A stretch of 64,000 bases of DNA from an uncultured Sneathiella sp. (GTDB taxonomy: Bacteria; Pseudomonadota; Alphaproteobacteria; Sneathiellales; Sneathiellaceae). The translations under genes were made by a program, and so were the position numbers. The stretch spans positions 224 through 64,223 of the forward strand of contig NZ_CAXAXA010000005.1 in NCBI RefSeq assembly GCF_963973085.1. Direction: 5' to 3'. The notes beneath the pieces are model-generated. The model saw only the letters and a list, made by a program, of their open reading frames with translations, was not told the DNA's origin and did no database searches. Shown piece after piece: positions 42,780-52,505 of the stretch. Numbering within the stretch: the first letter of the stretch is position 1; each line of letters opens with the position of its first letter.

Positions 42780-44663
42780 ATGCTTCACGCGATGCGAAAA
42801 GGAGCCAGCGGATGGCTCGCAAAAGGTTTGTTACTTCTTCTTGTCGCGAGTTTCGGCGTTTGGGGAATTGGCGGTGATATGCTGTCCAGTTCCGTCGGCG
42901 GCAATGTGATCGAGGTCGGCGATACCTCTGTCTCCCTTGGTGAGTTCCAGCGCGACTACCAGCGCAATCTCAATCTGCTGTCGCAGCGTTTTAATACGCA
43001 GCTTACACAGGAGCAGGCGCGTCAGTTCGGGCTCGCGCAGATGACAATCAATCAGATCGCCTCCCGCGCCCTCGTCGATGAGAAGACCAAGACGCTCGGT
43101 CTCAGCGCCAATGATGAAGCCGTGCGCAGGATGATCCAGAGTCAACCTGCGTTCCAGAACCAGGCAGGACAGTTTGACCGCTTTCTATTCGAGCAGTTCC
43201 TCTCCCGCAATGGCTACAGCGAGGGAGAGTATATCGAGATTGTCCGCAACGATATCACCGGCGATCAGCTTTTCGGTACACTCCCGCTGGGTGTCAGCAA
43301 GGCTCCGGATGTCCTTGTCGATACCTTTTATGCGTTTCTTGCAGAAAAGCGGACAGCGGAATATATCGACATTAAAGATAGCAGCATCGGCTTCGCCCCG
43401 GCCCCGACGGATGAGGAACTCGAGGCATTAATCGAAGCAGCGCCGGAAAATTACTCCGCGCCCGAGTATCGCAAACTCAGCTATGTCCTTCTCACCCCAG
43501 AAGCCGTCGCAGCGGCAACGGATATTTCGGAGGAGGAACTCAGAGCAGAGTTCGAAGCCCGCAAAGATCAGCTGGACACGCCGGAACAACGGCATGTCCA
43601 GCAAATGATTTTCGAAACCGAGGAAGCCGCTATCGCTGCTCGCAAGAAAATTGCGGAAGGCGAGGATTTCGCCAATGTGGCCATGGCGGATCTACAACTG
43701 ACGACCGCCGATATTGATCTTGGCCTGATGGCACCTACCGATCTTCTGCCCGAATTGCAGGATCCGATTTTCAGCCTTGAAAAGGATGGCGTGACAGCGC
43801 CGATAAAAACGGTTCTGGGCTGGCATCTCGCGACAGTGTCTGAAATCCAGCCCGGCGAAACCCGTGAGTTCGCGGAAGTCCAGGAACAATTGAAGAAAGA
43901 TATCCAGCTCGGACAGGCTCAGGAATTGCTGTATGAACGGGCCACCAGGCTTGAAGATGAATTCGCAGGCGGCTCTAAACTCGATGAAGCGGCGAAAACG
44001 CTCGACCTTAATATCATCACAACCGACTGGATTGATGCCAGCGGCAATGACAAATCCGGGAAAGCCGCAGAGCTGCCCGACGTTACGGGGTTCCTGACGG
44101 AAGCCTTCGCCCGCAGTCCACAGGATGAGCCGGAAGTGAGCGAGGCCAACGGGGGCGGATACTACGCGGTCACTGTCACGGACATCGAGGCCGCTGCTGT
44201 TAAGTCCCTTGCTGAAGTCAGGGAGCAGGCAATACAGGATTGGCAGGACAACTGGCGGCATGAGGAAGCCAGAAAGAAAGCAGAAGCTCTCCTCGTCGAG
44301 CTTAATGGCGGTAAAACGCTCGAGACTGTGGCGAATGAACAGGGTTTGACGATCCAGACATCAAAGCCCATTCTGAGAGTTGGCAGCGCCGAGGAATTAT
44401 CCCCAATTGCCCGTGACGGACTGTTCGACCTTCAGACCGGCGCCTATGGCGTGAATGCTAACAAGGCAGGTGATGGTACTCTTGTTTATGGCGTTGCCGA
44501 TATCATTCCGGCCGATCCTGCAACCGACCAAGACGCGTTCACACAGATGACCGAGCAGATCACAGCCAGCATAAAGACCGGCATTCTGACGGAATATGAA
44601 AATTACCTTCAAAAAGATATCGGTATTTCCGTCAAGGAAGAGCTGATCCAGGAATATTTTTAA
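42780..44663 (+). CDS. Periplasmic chaperone / peptidyl-prolyl isomerase PpiD-like
   Basis: N-terminal TM anchor, a SurA_N-like region, a parvulin-like segment (LGWHLATV) and length of about 630 aa. Confidence 0.8.
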   Translation: MLHAMRKGASGWLAKGLLLLLVASFGVWGIGGDMLSSSVGGNVIEVGDTSVSLGEFQRDYQRNLNLLSQRFNTQLTQEQARQFGLAQMTINQIASRALVDEKTKTLGLSANDEAVRRMIQSQPAFQNQAGQFDRFLFEQFLSRNGYSEGEYIEIVRNDITGDQLFGTLPLGVSKAPDVLVDTFYAFLAEKRTAEYIDIKDSSIGFAPAPTDEELEALIEAAPENYSAPEYRKLSYVLLTPEAVAAATDISEEELRAEFEARKDQLDTPEQRHVQQMIFETEEAAIAARKKIAEGEDFANVAMADLQLTTADIDLGLMAPTDLLPELQDPIFSLEKDGVTAPIKTVLGWHLATVSEIQPGETREFAEVQEQLKKDIQLGQAQELLYERATRLEDEFAGGSKLDEAAKTLDLNIITTDWIDASGNDKSGKAAELPDVTGFLTEAFARSPQDEPEVSEANGGGYYAVTVTDIEAAAVKSLAEVREQAIQDWQDNWRHEEARKKAEALLVELNGGKTLETVANEQGLTIQTSKPILRVGSAEELSPIARDGLFDLQTGAYGVNANKAGDGTLVYGVADIIPADPATDQDAFTQMTEQITASIKTGILTEYENYLQKDIGISVKEELIQEYF

Positions 44664-44666
44664 AAG

Positions 44667-46184
44667 ATGTCCATCCAACCCAGCTTTGCCGACTTCAAGG
44701 AGAAACACGACAGCGGGCAGTCCCAGATACTCTGGACGACGCTGGTCGCCGATCTTGAAACCCCTGTCTCTGCGATGATGAAGCTCGCCGAAGGACAGGC
44801 CAACTCCTTCCTGCTCGAATCCGTTGAAGGCGGTGCCGTCCGTGGACGCTATTCAATCATCGGCCTCAAACCGGACCTGATCTGGCGCTGTGACGGGAAT
44901 GAGGCACGGATCAACCGGATGGCCCGCTTCGATCCCGACGCTTTCGTCGCCTGCGATCAGCCAGTACTGGAAAACCTGCAGGCGCTGATCGACGAAAGCC
45001 ATATTGACCTGCCACCGAACCTGCCACCGATGGCGGCCGGTCTGGTAGGCTATATGTCTTATGACACCGTCCGGCTAATGGAGAAGATACCGGATGGCAA
45101 CCCTGACCACCTGAAAGTACCGGAAGGGATGTTCATTCGCCCGACGGTCATGGCGATCTTTGATTCCATCCTCGATCTGGTCACGATCATTACGCCGATC
45201 TGGTCTGGGGACGATCGATCCGCGCAGAATGCCTATAACCACGCCGCGGAGCGACTTTCCGATGCGGTACAGGATTTCGAGCGCAGCTTGCCGCATGCGG
45301 CGTCTCTCGATGCTGGAAATCTCGATCTACCCGAACCAACGTCAAACACGACCAAGGCCGAGTATTACGACATGGTCGAGAGGGCGAAGGAATATATTCG
45401 CGCCGGAGACATCTTCCAGGTTGTGCCGTCGCAGCGCTTCGAGCTACCGTTCGAGCTTCCCTCTCTCGCGCTTTACCGGGCGCTAAGACGCACAAATCCC
45501 TCCCCCTTTATGTTCTACCTCAACTTCGGGGAATTCTCGATTGTCGGATCAAGTCCGGAAATCCTTGTCCGCTTGCGCGATGGCAAGGTAACAGTCCGGC
45601 CGATTGCCGGCACACGCCCACGCGGGACCACCGCCGCCGAGGACGCCGCACTCGCCGAGGATTTGCTATCGGATCCAAAAGAGCTGGCCGAGCATCTCAT
45701 GCTACTCGATCTGGGTCGTAATGACGTTGGACGTGTCGCCAAGATCGGAAGCGTAAAAGTCACGGAGAAGATGGACATCGAGAATTACTCCCATGTCATG
45801 CACATCGTCTCCAACGTGGAAGGGGAGATCGCCGAAGGGCTGACTGCAATCGATGCGCTGAAAGCCGGTTTTCCGGCAGGCACCGTTTCCGGCGCGCCCA
45901 AGGTCCGGGCAATGGAAATTATTGACGAGCTTGAGAAAAGCCGCCGCGGTATCTATGCGGGCGCTGTCGGCTATATCTCCGCCAACGGTTCGATGGATAC
46001 CTGTATCGCACTACGTACAGCGCTGGTGAAAGACAACAAGGTTTATATTCAGGCGGGCGGCGGTGTCGTTGCCGATAGCGATCCGGAAGCTGAGTATCAG
46101 GAGACCGTCAATAAGGCCAAGGCTCTTGTCCGTGCCGCACAGGAGGCTGTGCGCTATGCCTCCAGTAGCGGCCGAAACCGTTAG
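44667..46184 (+). CDS. trpE: Anthranilate synthase component I
   Basis: Motifs LLESVEGG, IFQVVPSQRF and GIYAGAVGY. Confidence 0.94.
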   Translation: MSIQPSFADFKEKHDSGQSQILWTTLVADLETPVSAMMKLAEGQANSFLLESVEGGAVRGRYSIIGLKPDLIWRCDGNEARINRMARFDPDAFVACDQPVLENLQALIDESHIDLPPNLPPMAAGLVGYMSYDTVRLMEKIPDGNPDHLKVPEGMFIRPTVMAIFDSILDLVTIITPIWSGDDRSAQNAYNHAAERLSDAVQDFERSLPHAASLDAGNLDLPEPTSNTTKAEYYDMVERAKEYIRAGDIFQVVPSQRFELPFELPSLALYRALRRTNPSPFMFYLNFGEFSIVGSSPEILVRLRDGKVTVRPIAGTRPRGTTAAEDAALAEDLLSDPKELAEHLMLLDLGRNDVGRVAKIGSVKVTEKMDIENYSHVMHIVSNVEGEIAEGLTAIDALKAGFPAGTVSGAPKVRAMEIIDELEKSRRGIYAGAVGYISANGSMDTCIALRTALVKDNKVYIQAGGGVVADSDPEAEYQETVNKAKALVRAAQEAVRYASSSGRNR

Positions 46185-46198
46185 GACAGCTCAGCGCG

Positions 46199-47323
46199 TT
46201 ATCCTTTGAAGGTGAGCGCTGTAACGGCGCTCACCGGTACAAAAAGAAAGCCCTTCTTTTTCGCCTCCGGCAACCATTTTTTTAAAGCCCGAATTGTTGC
46301 CGGATGTGGATGTCCTATGGCAATCGCGACGCCGGAACGTTCTGCAATAACCTCCACTTTCGCAAGCTGCTTCAGGATCGCCTCATCCTCAATAACGTGA
46401 TCGATGAAAATATCCCGTTTAACGGACGGCATACCCCGTTCGACGGCGAGACGGTATCCGGTGGAGGCAGAGGTCGTCTTGGAATCGAGAAACAGCAATC
46501 CCCGGGCCGCCATAATGTCCATAACGACAGCCATAGCCTCGCCATCGGCTGTAAAGCGGCTCCCCATGTGGTTGTTAACGCCGACATAACCGCTAAAGCT
46601 GTCCAGATTACGGATGGTTCTCCGGCGGAGTTCCTCTATATCAAGACCCGTCAGTAAAGCATCCGGGCCCGGGTCTGCATCAGGCGAAGATGGCTCCATC
46701 GGAAGATGCAGCATGACCTCATTCCCTTCCCGGCGGGTCAATTCAACCTTCCTCTGAAGCGACGGTGCGTAAGGCAGATAAGCAAGGGTCAATAGCGCCG
46801 GAAGCGCATTCAGTTCTTCCACGCGCTGGTGACTCAGGCCGACATCGTCGATAACAATGGCGATCAGCGGTTTGTCCTGCAAGGGCGGTGCAAGGGCAGC
46901 ATACCGTTTCCAGGCTGGCTGCTCTGAGGTTAACTTTTCGACCGCTAGCGTTTCAATTACGGGATCGGGCTTCATCGTCTCTACGGCCTCGCGCTCGATA
47001 GGAAGCGCTGCCGTTACCAGTGGTATCTCTTCTGTTCTCGCCTCAACCGGGTAGTCATTATAGGCATACGGACTTTCCGGTACAAACACTCTAGTAGCGG
47101 CAACCGGCTTCTCAGCCTCAATTGGCATCGCGAGAGCGTTCACCACCTGCAACTCGATTTCTTGAGATTGGGGACCAAAAAGCTTGCCGATCAGGATGCC
47201 GCCACTGACACTGATGAACAGCACCGCCACGCACAGAATGGCGATCCGCGCCGGAGCTTCCGTCACACGGCTCGCCCACGACAATAATGTCGGCTTGCTT
47301 TTTCCCATATTCCGGGATGGCAT
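46199..47323 (-). CDS. Divergent polysaccharide deacetylase (YibQ-like) with N-terminal TM anchor
   Basis: Motifs IAIVIDDVG, LHLPMEP, GVNNHMGSRFT, FLDSKTT and AIGHPHPATI. Confidence 0.8.
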   Translation of the reverse strand: MPSRNMGKSKPTLLSWASRVTEAPARIAILCVAVLFISVSGGILIGKLFGPQSQEIELQVVNALAMPIEAEKPVAATRVFVPESPYAYNDYPVEARTEEIPLVTAALPIEREAVETMKPDPVIETLAVEKLTSEQPAWKRYAALAPPLQDKPLIAIVIDDVGLSHQRVEELNALPALLTLAYLPYAPSLQRKVELTRREGNEVMLHLPMEPSSPDADPGPDALLTGLDIEELRRRTIRNLDSFSGYVGVNNHMGSRFTADGEAMAVVMDIMAARGLLFLDSKTTSASTGYRLAVERGMPSVKRDIFIDHVIEDEAILKQLAKVEVIAERSGVAIAIGHPHPATIRALKKWLPEAKKKGFLFVPVSAVTALTFKG

Positions 47324-47547
47324 GAAAAATGACCCCTTCGCGATACGATGCCGTTACTTGCTTATGTTAATTCTACTTCAATATGGTAAACAAGGCATAA
47401 AAATGGCGATATGAAAACGGAAAAGGACTTTTGCTCTCTTGATTTTATGGCGAAAAAGGAGAAACTGCTAGTCGAACCTGCGGGATCGTTGACTGTGACG
47501 GCAAATAACTCCGCCATGACAATAAGAAAGTATGATATAATATTGAT

Positions 47548-48141
47548 ATGATTACGTTAATCGATAACTACGATAGCTTTACGTATAATCTGGTCCATTT
47601 TCTTGGAGAATTGGGCGCGGACGTAAAAGTTTACCGAAATAATGTCGTCTCTGTAGATGCAGTCTTTGATGAAAATCCGGAAGGGATTGTTCTCTCTCCT
47701 GGTCCGTGTGATCCGGACAGGGCGGGCATTTGCCTTGAGGTGGTCAAACGGGCAAGCATGAGCGGAACGCCGCTTCTGGGCGTCTGCCTCGGCCATCAGA
47801 CTATTGGCCAGGTGTTCGGAGGGAAGGTCGTTCGCGCCAATGAGTTGATGCATGGCAAGACGTCCGAGATTGTGCATTCCGGTTCCGGCCTATTTGAGAA
47901 ACTCCCGAACCGCTTTATCGCAACACGCTATCACTCCCTTACCGTTGATCCAGCGACGGTCCCGAATACTCTGGAGGTCACGGCAACCACCGAAGATGGC
48001 GTCATCATGGGGCTCAGCCATAAAGCACTGCCGCTGCACGGTGTGCAGTTCCATCCCGAGAGCATCGCATCCGAGCATGGCCATGCATTACTGCAGAATT
48101 TCCTGAACTTGACGCGACCGGACAGCAAGGCGGCCGCATGA
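47548..48141 (+). CDS. trpG: Anthranilate synthase component II (glutamine amidotransferase)
   Basis: Motifs GVCLGHQ and VQFHPES. Confidence 0.93.
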   Translation: MITLIDNYDSFTYNLVHFLGELGADVKVYRNNVVSVDAVFDENPEGIVLSPGPCDPDRAGICLEVVKRASMSGTPLLGVCLGHQTIGQVFGGKVVRANELMHGKTSEIVHSGSGLFEKLPNRFIATRYHSLTVDPATVPNTLEVTATTEDGVIMGLSHKALPLHGVQFHPESIASEHGHALLQNFLNLTRPDSKAAA

Positions 48142-49178
48142 ACAGCGTCCAGCCTGAGTTCAAGACGCTGATTGCAAAAATCGCGTCCGGCAAAACCCTG
48201 ACCGTGGATGAGGCGAAAACTGCCTTTAACATCATCCTGTCCGGCGATGCCACGCCTGCGCAAATGGGCGCCTTCCTGATGGGCCTGCATCTGCGCGGCG
48301 AGACCGTGGAGGAATTGGTCGGCGGCGTCTCCGTTCTCCGTGAGAAAGCCACCTATATCACAGCTCCAGAAAATGCCGTCGATGTGGTCGGAACAGGCGG
48401 TGATGGCCACGGCACCCTCAATATTTCCACAGCGGCGGCATTCGTTACAGCAGGCGCTGGAGTTCCGGTCGCCAAGCATGGCAACAAGGCTGCCTCTTCC
48501 CGCTCGGGTACCGCGGATGTGCAGGCTGTTCTCGGTATCAATACGGAATGCGACTTCGCCTTGACCGAACGCGCGATACGTGAAGCCGGCATCGGCTTTA
48601 TGGTCGCCTATCGCCATCATGGTGCCATGCGACATGTCGGCCCGACGCGGAGTGAACTTGGTATTCGCACGATTTTCAATCTGCTCGGCGTCATGTCCAA
48701 CCCGGCCAACGTCAAACGCCAGTTGATCGGGGTATATCTCCCGCGCTGGATGCGCCCGATGGCGGAGACGCTCCGAAAACTCGGATCGACCCATGTCTGG
48801 ATCATGGAAGGGGCTGACGGCCTCGATGAACTGACGACCACCGGCCCCTCCAACGTTGTGGAGTTGAAGAACGGCGAGATAACGGAATTTGAAGTCACTC
48901 CTGAACAATTCGGCCTCAAAAAAGTTCCGATCGAGGCGCTCAAAGGCGGAACACCGGAAAGAAATGCAGAAGCCCTGACGGCATTGCTGAACGGCGATCC
49001 CGGCCCCTATCGGGATGTGGCCCTGCTGAATGCCGGCGCGGCCATTATGATCGGCGGAAAATGCGATACTGTGGCCGAGGGGATCGAGCTTGCCAGGCAG
49101 TCAATTGATACGGGCGCAGCGCTGAACGCATTTGAAACCCTAAAACGGATTTCCAATGAAACGGTTGAAGTGGTATGA
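48138..49178 (+). CDS. trpD: Anthranilate phosphoribosyltransferase
   Basis: Motifs [16 protein letters not shown] and VAKHGNKA. Confidence 0.95.
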   Translation: MNSVQPEFKTLIAKIASGKTLTVDEAKTAFNIILSGDATPAQMGAFLMGLHLRGETVEELVGGVSVLREKATYITAPENAVDVVGTGGDGHGTLNISTAAAFVTAGAGVPVAKHGNKAASSRSGTADVQAVLGINTECDFALTERAIREAGIGFMVAYRHHGAMRHVGPTRSELGIRTIFNLLGVMSNPANVKRQLIGVYLPRWMRPMAETLRKLGSTHVWIMEGADGLDELTTTGPSNVVELKNGEITEFEVTPEQFGLKKVPIEALKGGTPERNAEALTALLNGDPGPYRDVALLNAGAAIMIGGKCDTVAEGIELARQSIDTGAALNAFETLKRISNETVEVV

Positions 49179-49966
49179 GTATTCTCGCAAAAATCTGTGA
49201 TGACAAGCGCCAGCATATTCGCGACTGCAAGGATCGCGTAATGCTCTCCGACATCGAGGCAGCGGCGAAAGCTTCGGAGCCCCCGCGCGGATTTATTCGC
49301 GCCCTCAAGAAACGCCGGGATGCCGGTGAGTATGGGCTGATCGCGGAAATCAAGAAAGCCTCGCCTTCGAAAGGGCTGATCCGCGAGGATTTTGACCCGC
49401 CAATCCTCGCAAAAGCCTATGAGAAAGGCGGAGCCACCTGCCTTTCGGTGCTCACCGATATTCCCTATTTTCAGGGTTCGGATGATTATCTGGTTACGGC
49501 GCGCGGCGCTGTCTCCCTTCCCGTCCTTCGCAAGGATTTCATGTTGGATCCCTATCAGATTACCGAGGCACGTGCCCTCGGCGCGGATTGTATCCTCTTG
49601 ATCATGGCGGCCCTTGACGATACGGAGGCACAGGAGCTGGAAGCGGCGGCGCATGAGTGGGGCATGGATGTTCTGATCGAGGTTCATGATCGCAGCGAAC
49701 TCGATCGTGCGGTCAGGCTCAAAAGTCCGTTAATCGGCATCAATAATCGCAACTTGAAAACCCTCAATGTGGATATCGCCACGACGGAGGAGCTGGCGGG
49801 AGCTCTGCCGGAGGGATGTCTCGCGGTCAGTGAAAGCGGCCTCTATACGCCCGCCGATCTGGCCCGGATGGAAAAGGCCGGTTGCGGTATTTTCCTTGTC
49901 GGCGAATCCCTGATGCGGCAAGCAGATGTCGCCGCCGCCGTGCGGTCCCTGCTGACCCGGAGTTAA
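49175..49966 (+). CDS. trpC: Indole-3-glycerol phosphate synthase
   Basis: Motifs [17 protein letters not shown] and INNRNL. Confidence 0.95.
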   Translation: MSILAKICDDKRQHIRDCKDRVMLSDIEAAAKASEPPRGFIRALKKRRDAGEYGLIAEIKKASPSKGLIREDFDPPILAKAYEKGGATCLSVLTDIPYFQGSDDYLVTARGAVSLPVLRKDFMLDPYQITEARALGADCILLIMAALDDTEAQELEAAAHEWGMDVLIEVHDRSELDRAVRLKSPLIGINNRNLKTLNVDIATTEELAGALPEGCLAVSESGLYTPADLARMEKAGCGIFLVGESLMRQADVAAAVRSLLTRS

Positions 49967-49975
49967 GGAGGTACC

Positions 49976-50452
49976 ATGAGCGGTCTCACTCATTTCGACA
50001 AGAAAGGCGCCGCTCAAATGGTCGATGTCGGTGACAAGGACATCACCGAACGTGAAGCCACGGCAACAGCAAGCATTGAAATGGCGCCGGAAACCCTGGC
50101 GCTTATTCGGGAGGGGAAGGCCAATAAAGGAGATGTTCTGGGAGTCGCCCGCCTCGCTGGCATTATGGCCGCCAAGAAAACCGCCGACCTGATTCCGCTC
50201 TGCCATCCACTCGCGCTCAGCAAGGTGAGTGTCGAGTTTATTATCGATGAAGACAACAGCCGTATCGAAACACAGGCGACCTGCAAGCTTAAAGGCCGCA
50301 CCGGTGTCGAGATGGAGGCCCTCACCGCTGCCTCCATCGCGGCCCTCACCATTTATGACATGTGCAAGGCCGTCGATCGCGGCATGACCATTGTCGAGAC
50401 GAAGCTACTGCATAAAAGTGGCGGCAAGTCAGGAACTTATAACGCGTCATGA
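49976..50452 (+). CDS. moaC: Cyclic pyranopterin monophosphate synthase
   Basis: Motifs MVDVGDK, IPLCHPL and [10 protein letters not shown]. An AAGGAGG Shine-Dalgarno lies upstream. Confidence 0.95.
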   Translation: MSGLTHFDKKGAAQMVDVGDKDITEREATATASIEMAPETLALIREGKANKGDVLGVARLAGIMAAKKTADLIPLCHPLALSKVSVEFIIDEDNSRIETQATCKLKGRTGVEMEALTAASIAALTIYDMCKAVDRGMTIVETKLLHKSGGKSGTYNAS

Positions 50453-51663
50453 TCTCGGTAGAGGAAGCCCGCAAGAACATCCTGAAGGAGATCCGCGCTG
50501 TCGGGACGGAAGTCATCTCCCTTCAGGCGGCCGCAGGGCGCGTGCTGGCAGAAAATGTTCGCTCTCGCCGGACCCAACCACCTGCCGACCTGTCTGCAAT
50601 GGATGGCTTTGCAGTCAAGGCCGCCGATCTTGGAACAATTCCGGCCAGCCTCAAAATTGTCGGGGAAGTGCCTGCGGGCGGCTCCTACGATAATACCGTC
50701 GGGACCGGCGAAGCAGTCCGCATTTTCACCGGCGCAGCGCTCCCCTCCGGTACCGATACCATCATTATTCAGGAAGATACGGAATTCGATGCCGAAACCG
50801 TGACGGTTAAGGAAGGTGCGGCAAAGGGGACATATGTCCGGCCTGCGGGCCTTGATTTCAGCGCCGGTGACATTGGGATAAAGGCCCCGACCATCCTGAC
50901 GCCACGGGATATCGGGCTGCTGGCGGCGATGGATATTCCCTGGATCACGGTCAGGCGCAAGCCGAAAATCGCTCTCTTATCGACGGGAGACGAACTGGTC
51001 CGGCCCGGGGAGCCGCTTGGCCCTAACCAGATTATTTCTTCCAACAGCCTTGCCATTGCCGCCCTGATTGAGGCCGCCGGCGGTGAAGCGCTCGACCTCG
51101 GGATCGCGCAGGATAACGCAGAGTCCCTCCGTGAAAAAGTCATGAACGCCAAGTCAGCGGATATGCTCATCACCCTCGGCGGGGCCTCCGTTGGCGATCA
51201 CGACCTGATCCAGCCTGTGCTCGGCAAGGAGGGCTTAAGTGTTGATTTCTGGCGGATCGCCATGCGGCCCGGCAAACCGCTGATGTTTGGCAATTTTGCC
51301 GGGATACCCATGCTGGGCATGCCGGGAAATCCGGTTTCCAGCCTGATCTGCAGCTTTCTCTTCCTGATCCCCGCCATCGATGCGTTAAACGACCTCACCC
51401 CGCGGACCCCTCCCCGCCAACGCGCCATCCTCACCCATGCGTTGAAGGAAAATGACCAGCGGGAAGATTATATGCGTGCCGTCATCACCGAAGAGACGAG
51501 CGGCCTGCCGGTCATCCGGCTATTTGACAAGCAGGACAGTTCCATGCTCTCGCCGCTGTCTCTTGCCGATTGCCTGGTTGTCCGTGCGCCTTTTGCGGCT
51601 GCGCTGCCTGAGGGGTCCGAAGTGGATATCATCCCGCTCAGCCGCCGTTATCCGTCCATCTGA
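50449..51663 (+). CDS. moeA: Molybdopterin molybdotransferase
   Basis: Motifs [21 protein letters not shown] and GLPGNPVS-like GMPGNPVS. Confidence 0.93.
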   Translation: MISVEEARKNILKEIRAVGTEVISLQAAAGRVLAENVRSRRTQPPADLSAMDGFAVKAADLGTIPASLKIVGEVPAGGSYDNTVGTGEAVRIFTGAALPSGTDTIIIQEDTEFDAETVTVKEGAAKGTYVRPAGLDFSAGDIGIKAPTILTPRDIGLLAAMDIPWITVRRKPKIALLSTGDELVRPGEPLGPNQIISSNSLAIAALIEAAGGEALDLGIAQDNAESLREKVMNAKSADMLITLGGASVGDHDLIQPVLGKEGLSVDFWRIAMRPGKPLMFGNFAGIPMLGMPGNPVSSLICSFLFLIPAIDALNDLTPRTPPRQRAILTHALKENDQREDYMRAVITEETSGLPVIRLFDKQDSSMLSPLSLADCLVVRAPFAAALPEGSEVDIIPLSRRYPSI

Positions 51664-51705
51664 ACCGATTGCAAAACCGGGAGCTTTTCCCTTGACGCGA
51701 GAAAA

Positions 51706-51720
51706 GAACTTTTGTAGAAC
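51706..51720 (+). promoter_or_regulatory. Alphaproteobacterial-type SOS (LexA) box upstream of lexA
   Basis: A perfect GAAC-TTTTGTA-GAAC direct repeat lies 43 nt upstream of the lexA ATG. Confidence 0.7.
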
Positions 51721-51729
51721 ATTTGGAAT

Positions 51730-51744
51730 GTTTTTGATTTGTTC
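51730..51744 (+). promoter_or_regulatory. Second, imperfect, oppositely oriented SOS-box-like element
   Basis: GTTT-TTGATTT-GTTC, which is 7 of 8 matches to GTTC-N7-GTTC. Confidence 0.4.
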
Positions 51745-51762
51745 TTTACGGTGGTTTTGATC

Positions 51763-52494
51763 ATGCTGACAAAAAAACAGCATCAGCTTCTTCTCTATAT
51801 TCATGAATGCCTGGAAAGTCGTGGAGTCTCGCCGTCCTTCGATGAAATGAAGGAAGCGCTTGATCTGAAATCGAAATCCGGCATTCACCGCTTGATCACG
51901 GGGCTGACGGAGCGCGGGTTTATCCGTCGCCTGCCTCACCGCGCCCGCGCGCTTGAAGTGTTGAAGCTGCCCGACGACCTCAGGAACAAGATCGCCAGCG
52001 ATGAGCGGGACGCCGTTGCTGATGACAACCTTGTTGAGGTGAATTTCGCCAAAGGGCTGAGCCGTCAGGCGAATGCCAACAAGGCCCCTGCCCCCGAGAA
52101 TGAACGCGAAGGTATCCTGAACCTGCCGCTGTATGGCCGGATTGCCGCCGGTACGGCGATCGAGGCCTTGAGCGACCCGAGCAGTTTTGTGGATGTACCT
52201 GCAGGCATGCTGGCGTCCGGTCGGCATTACTGCCTTGAAGTGGCTGGTGATTCGATGATTGATGCCGGTATCCATGATGGCGATACCGTGATAATCCGCG
52301 AAAGCGAAACGGCGGAAAATGGCAAGATTGTCGTCGCCCTGATCGATGATTTTGAAGTGACTCTGAAAAGGCTCCGGCGCAAGGGAGGCTCGATCGCTCT
52401 GGAGGCCGCCAATCCGGATTATGAAACGCGCATCTTCGGTCCGGATCAAGTCAAGGTGCAGGGCCATCTTGTTGGCCTCTTCCGAAAGTACTAA
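51763..52494 (+). CDS. lexA: LexA repressor
   Basis: N-terminal wHTH ([12 protein letters not shown]). Long linker. Catalytic VAGDSMID and TLKRL. The ORF opens at 51739; the ATG at 51763 is preferred. Confidence 0.93.
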   Translation: MLTKKQHQLLLYIHECLESRGVSPSFDEMKEALDLKSKSGIHRLITGLTERGFIRRLPHRARALEVLKLPDDLRNKIASDERDAVADDNLVEVNFAKGLSRQANANKAPAPENEREGILNLPLYGRIAAGTAIEALSDPSSFVDVPAGMLASGRHYCLEVAGDSMIDAGIHDGDTVIIRESETAENGKIVVALIDDFEVTLKRLRRKGGSIALEAANPDYETRIFGPDQVKVQGHLVGLFRKY

Positions 52495-52505
52495 ACCTTC
52501 GTGAT

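Noticed and set aside
47447-47551. A 34-codon upstream ORF (MAKKEKLLVEPAGS...) whose TGA overlaps the trpG ATG, considered as a trp attenuation leader peptide
   Set aside because: It contains no Trp codons, has no Shine-Dalgarno, and I could not find obvious alternative terminator/antiterminator hairpins. It is most likely fortuitous.
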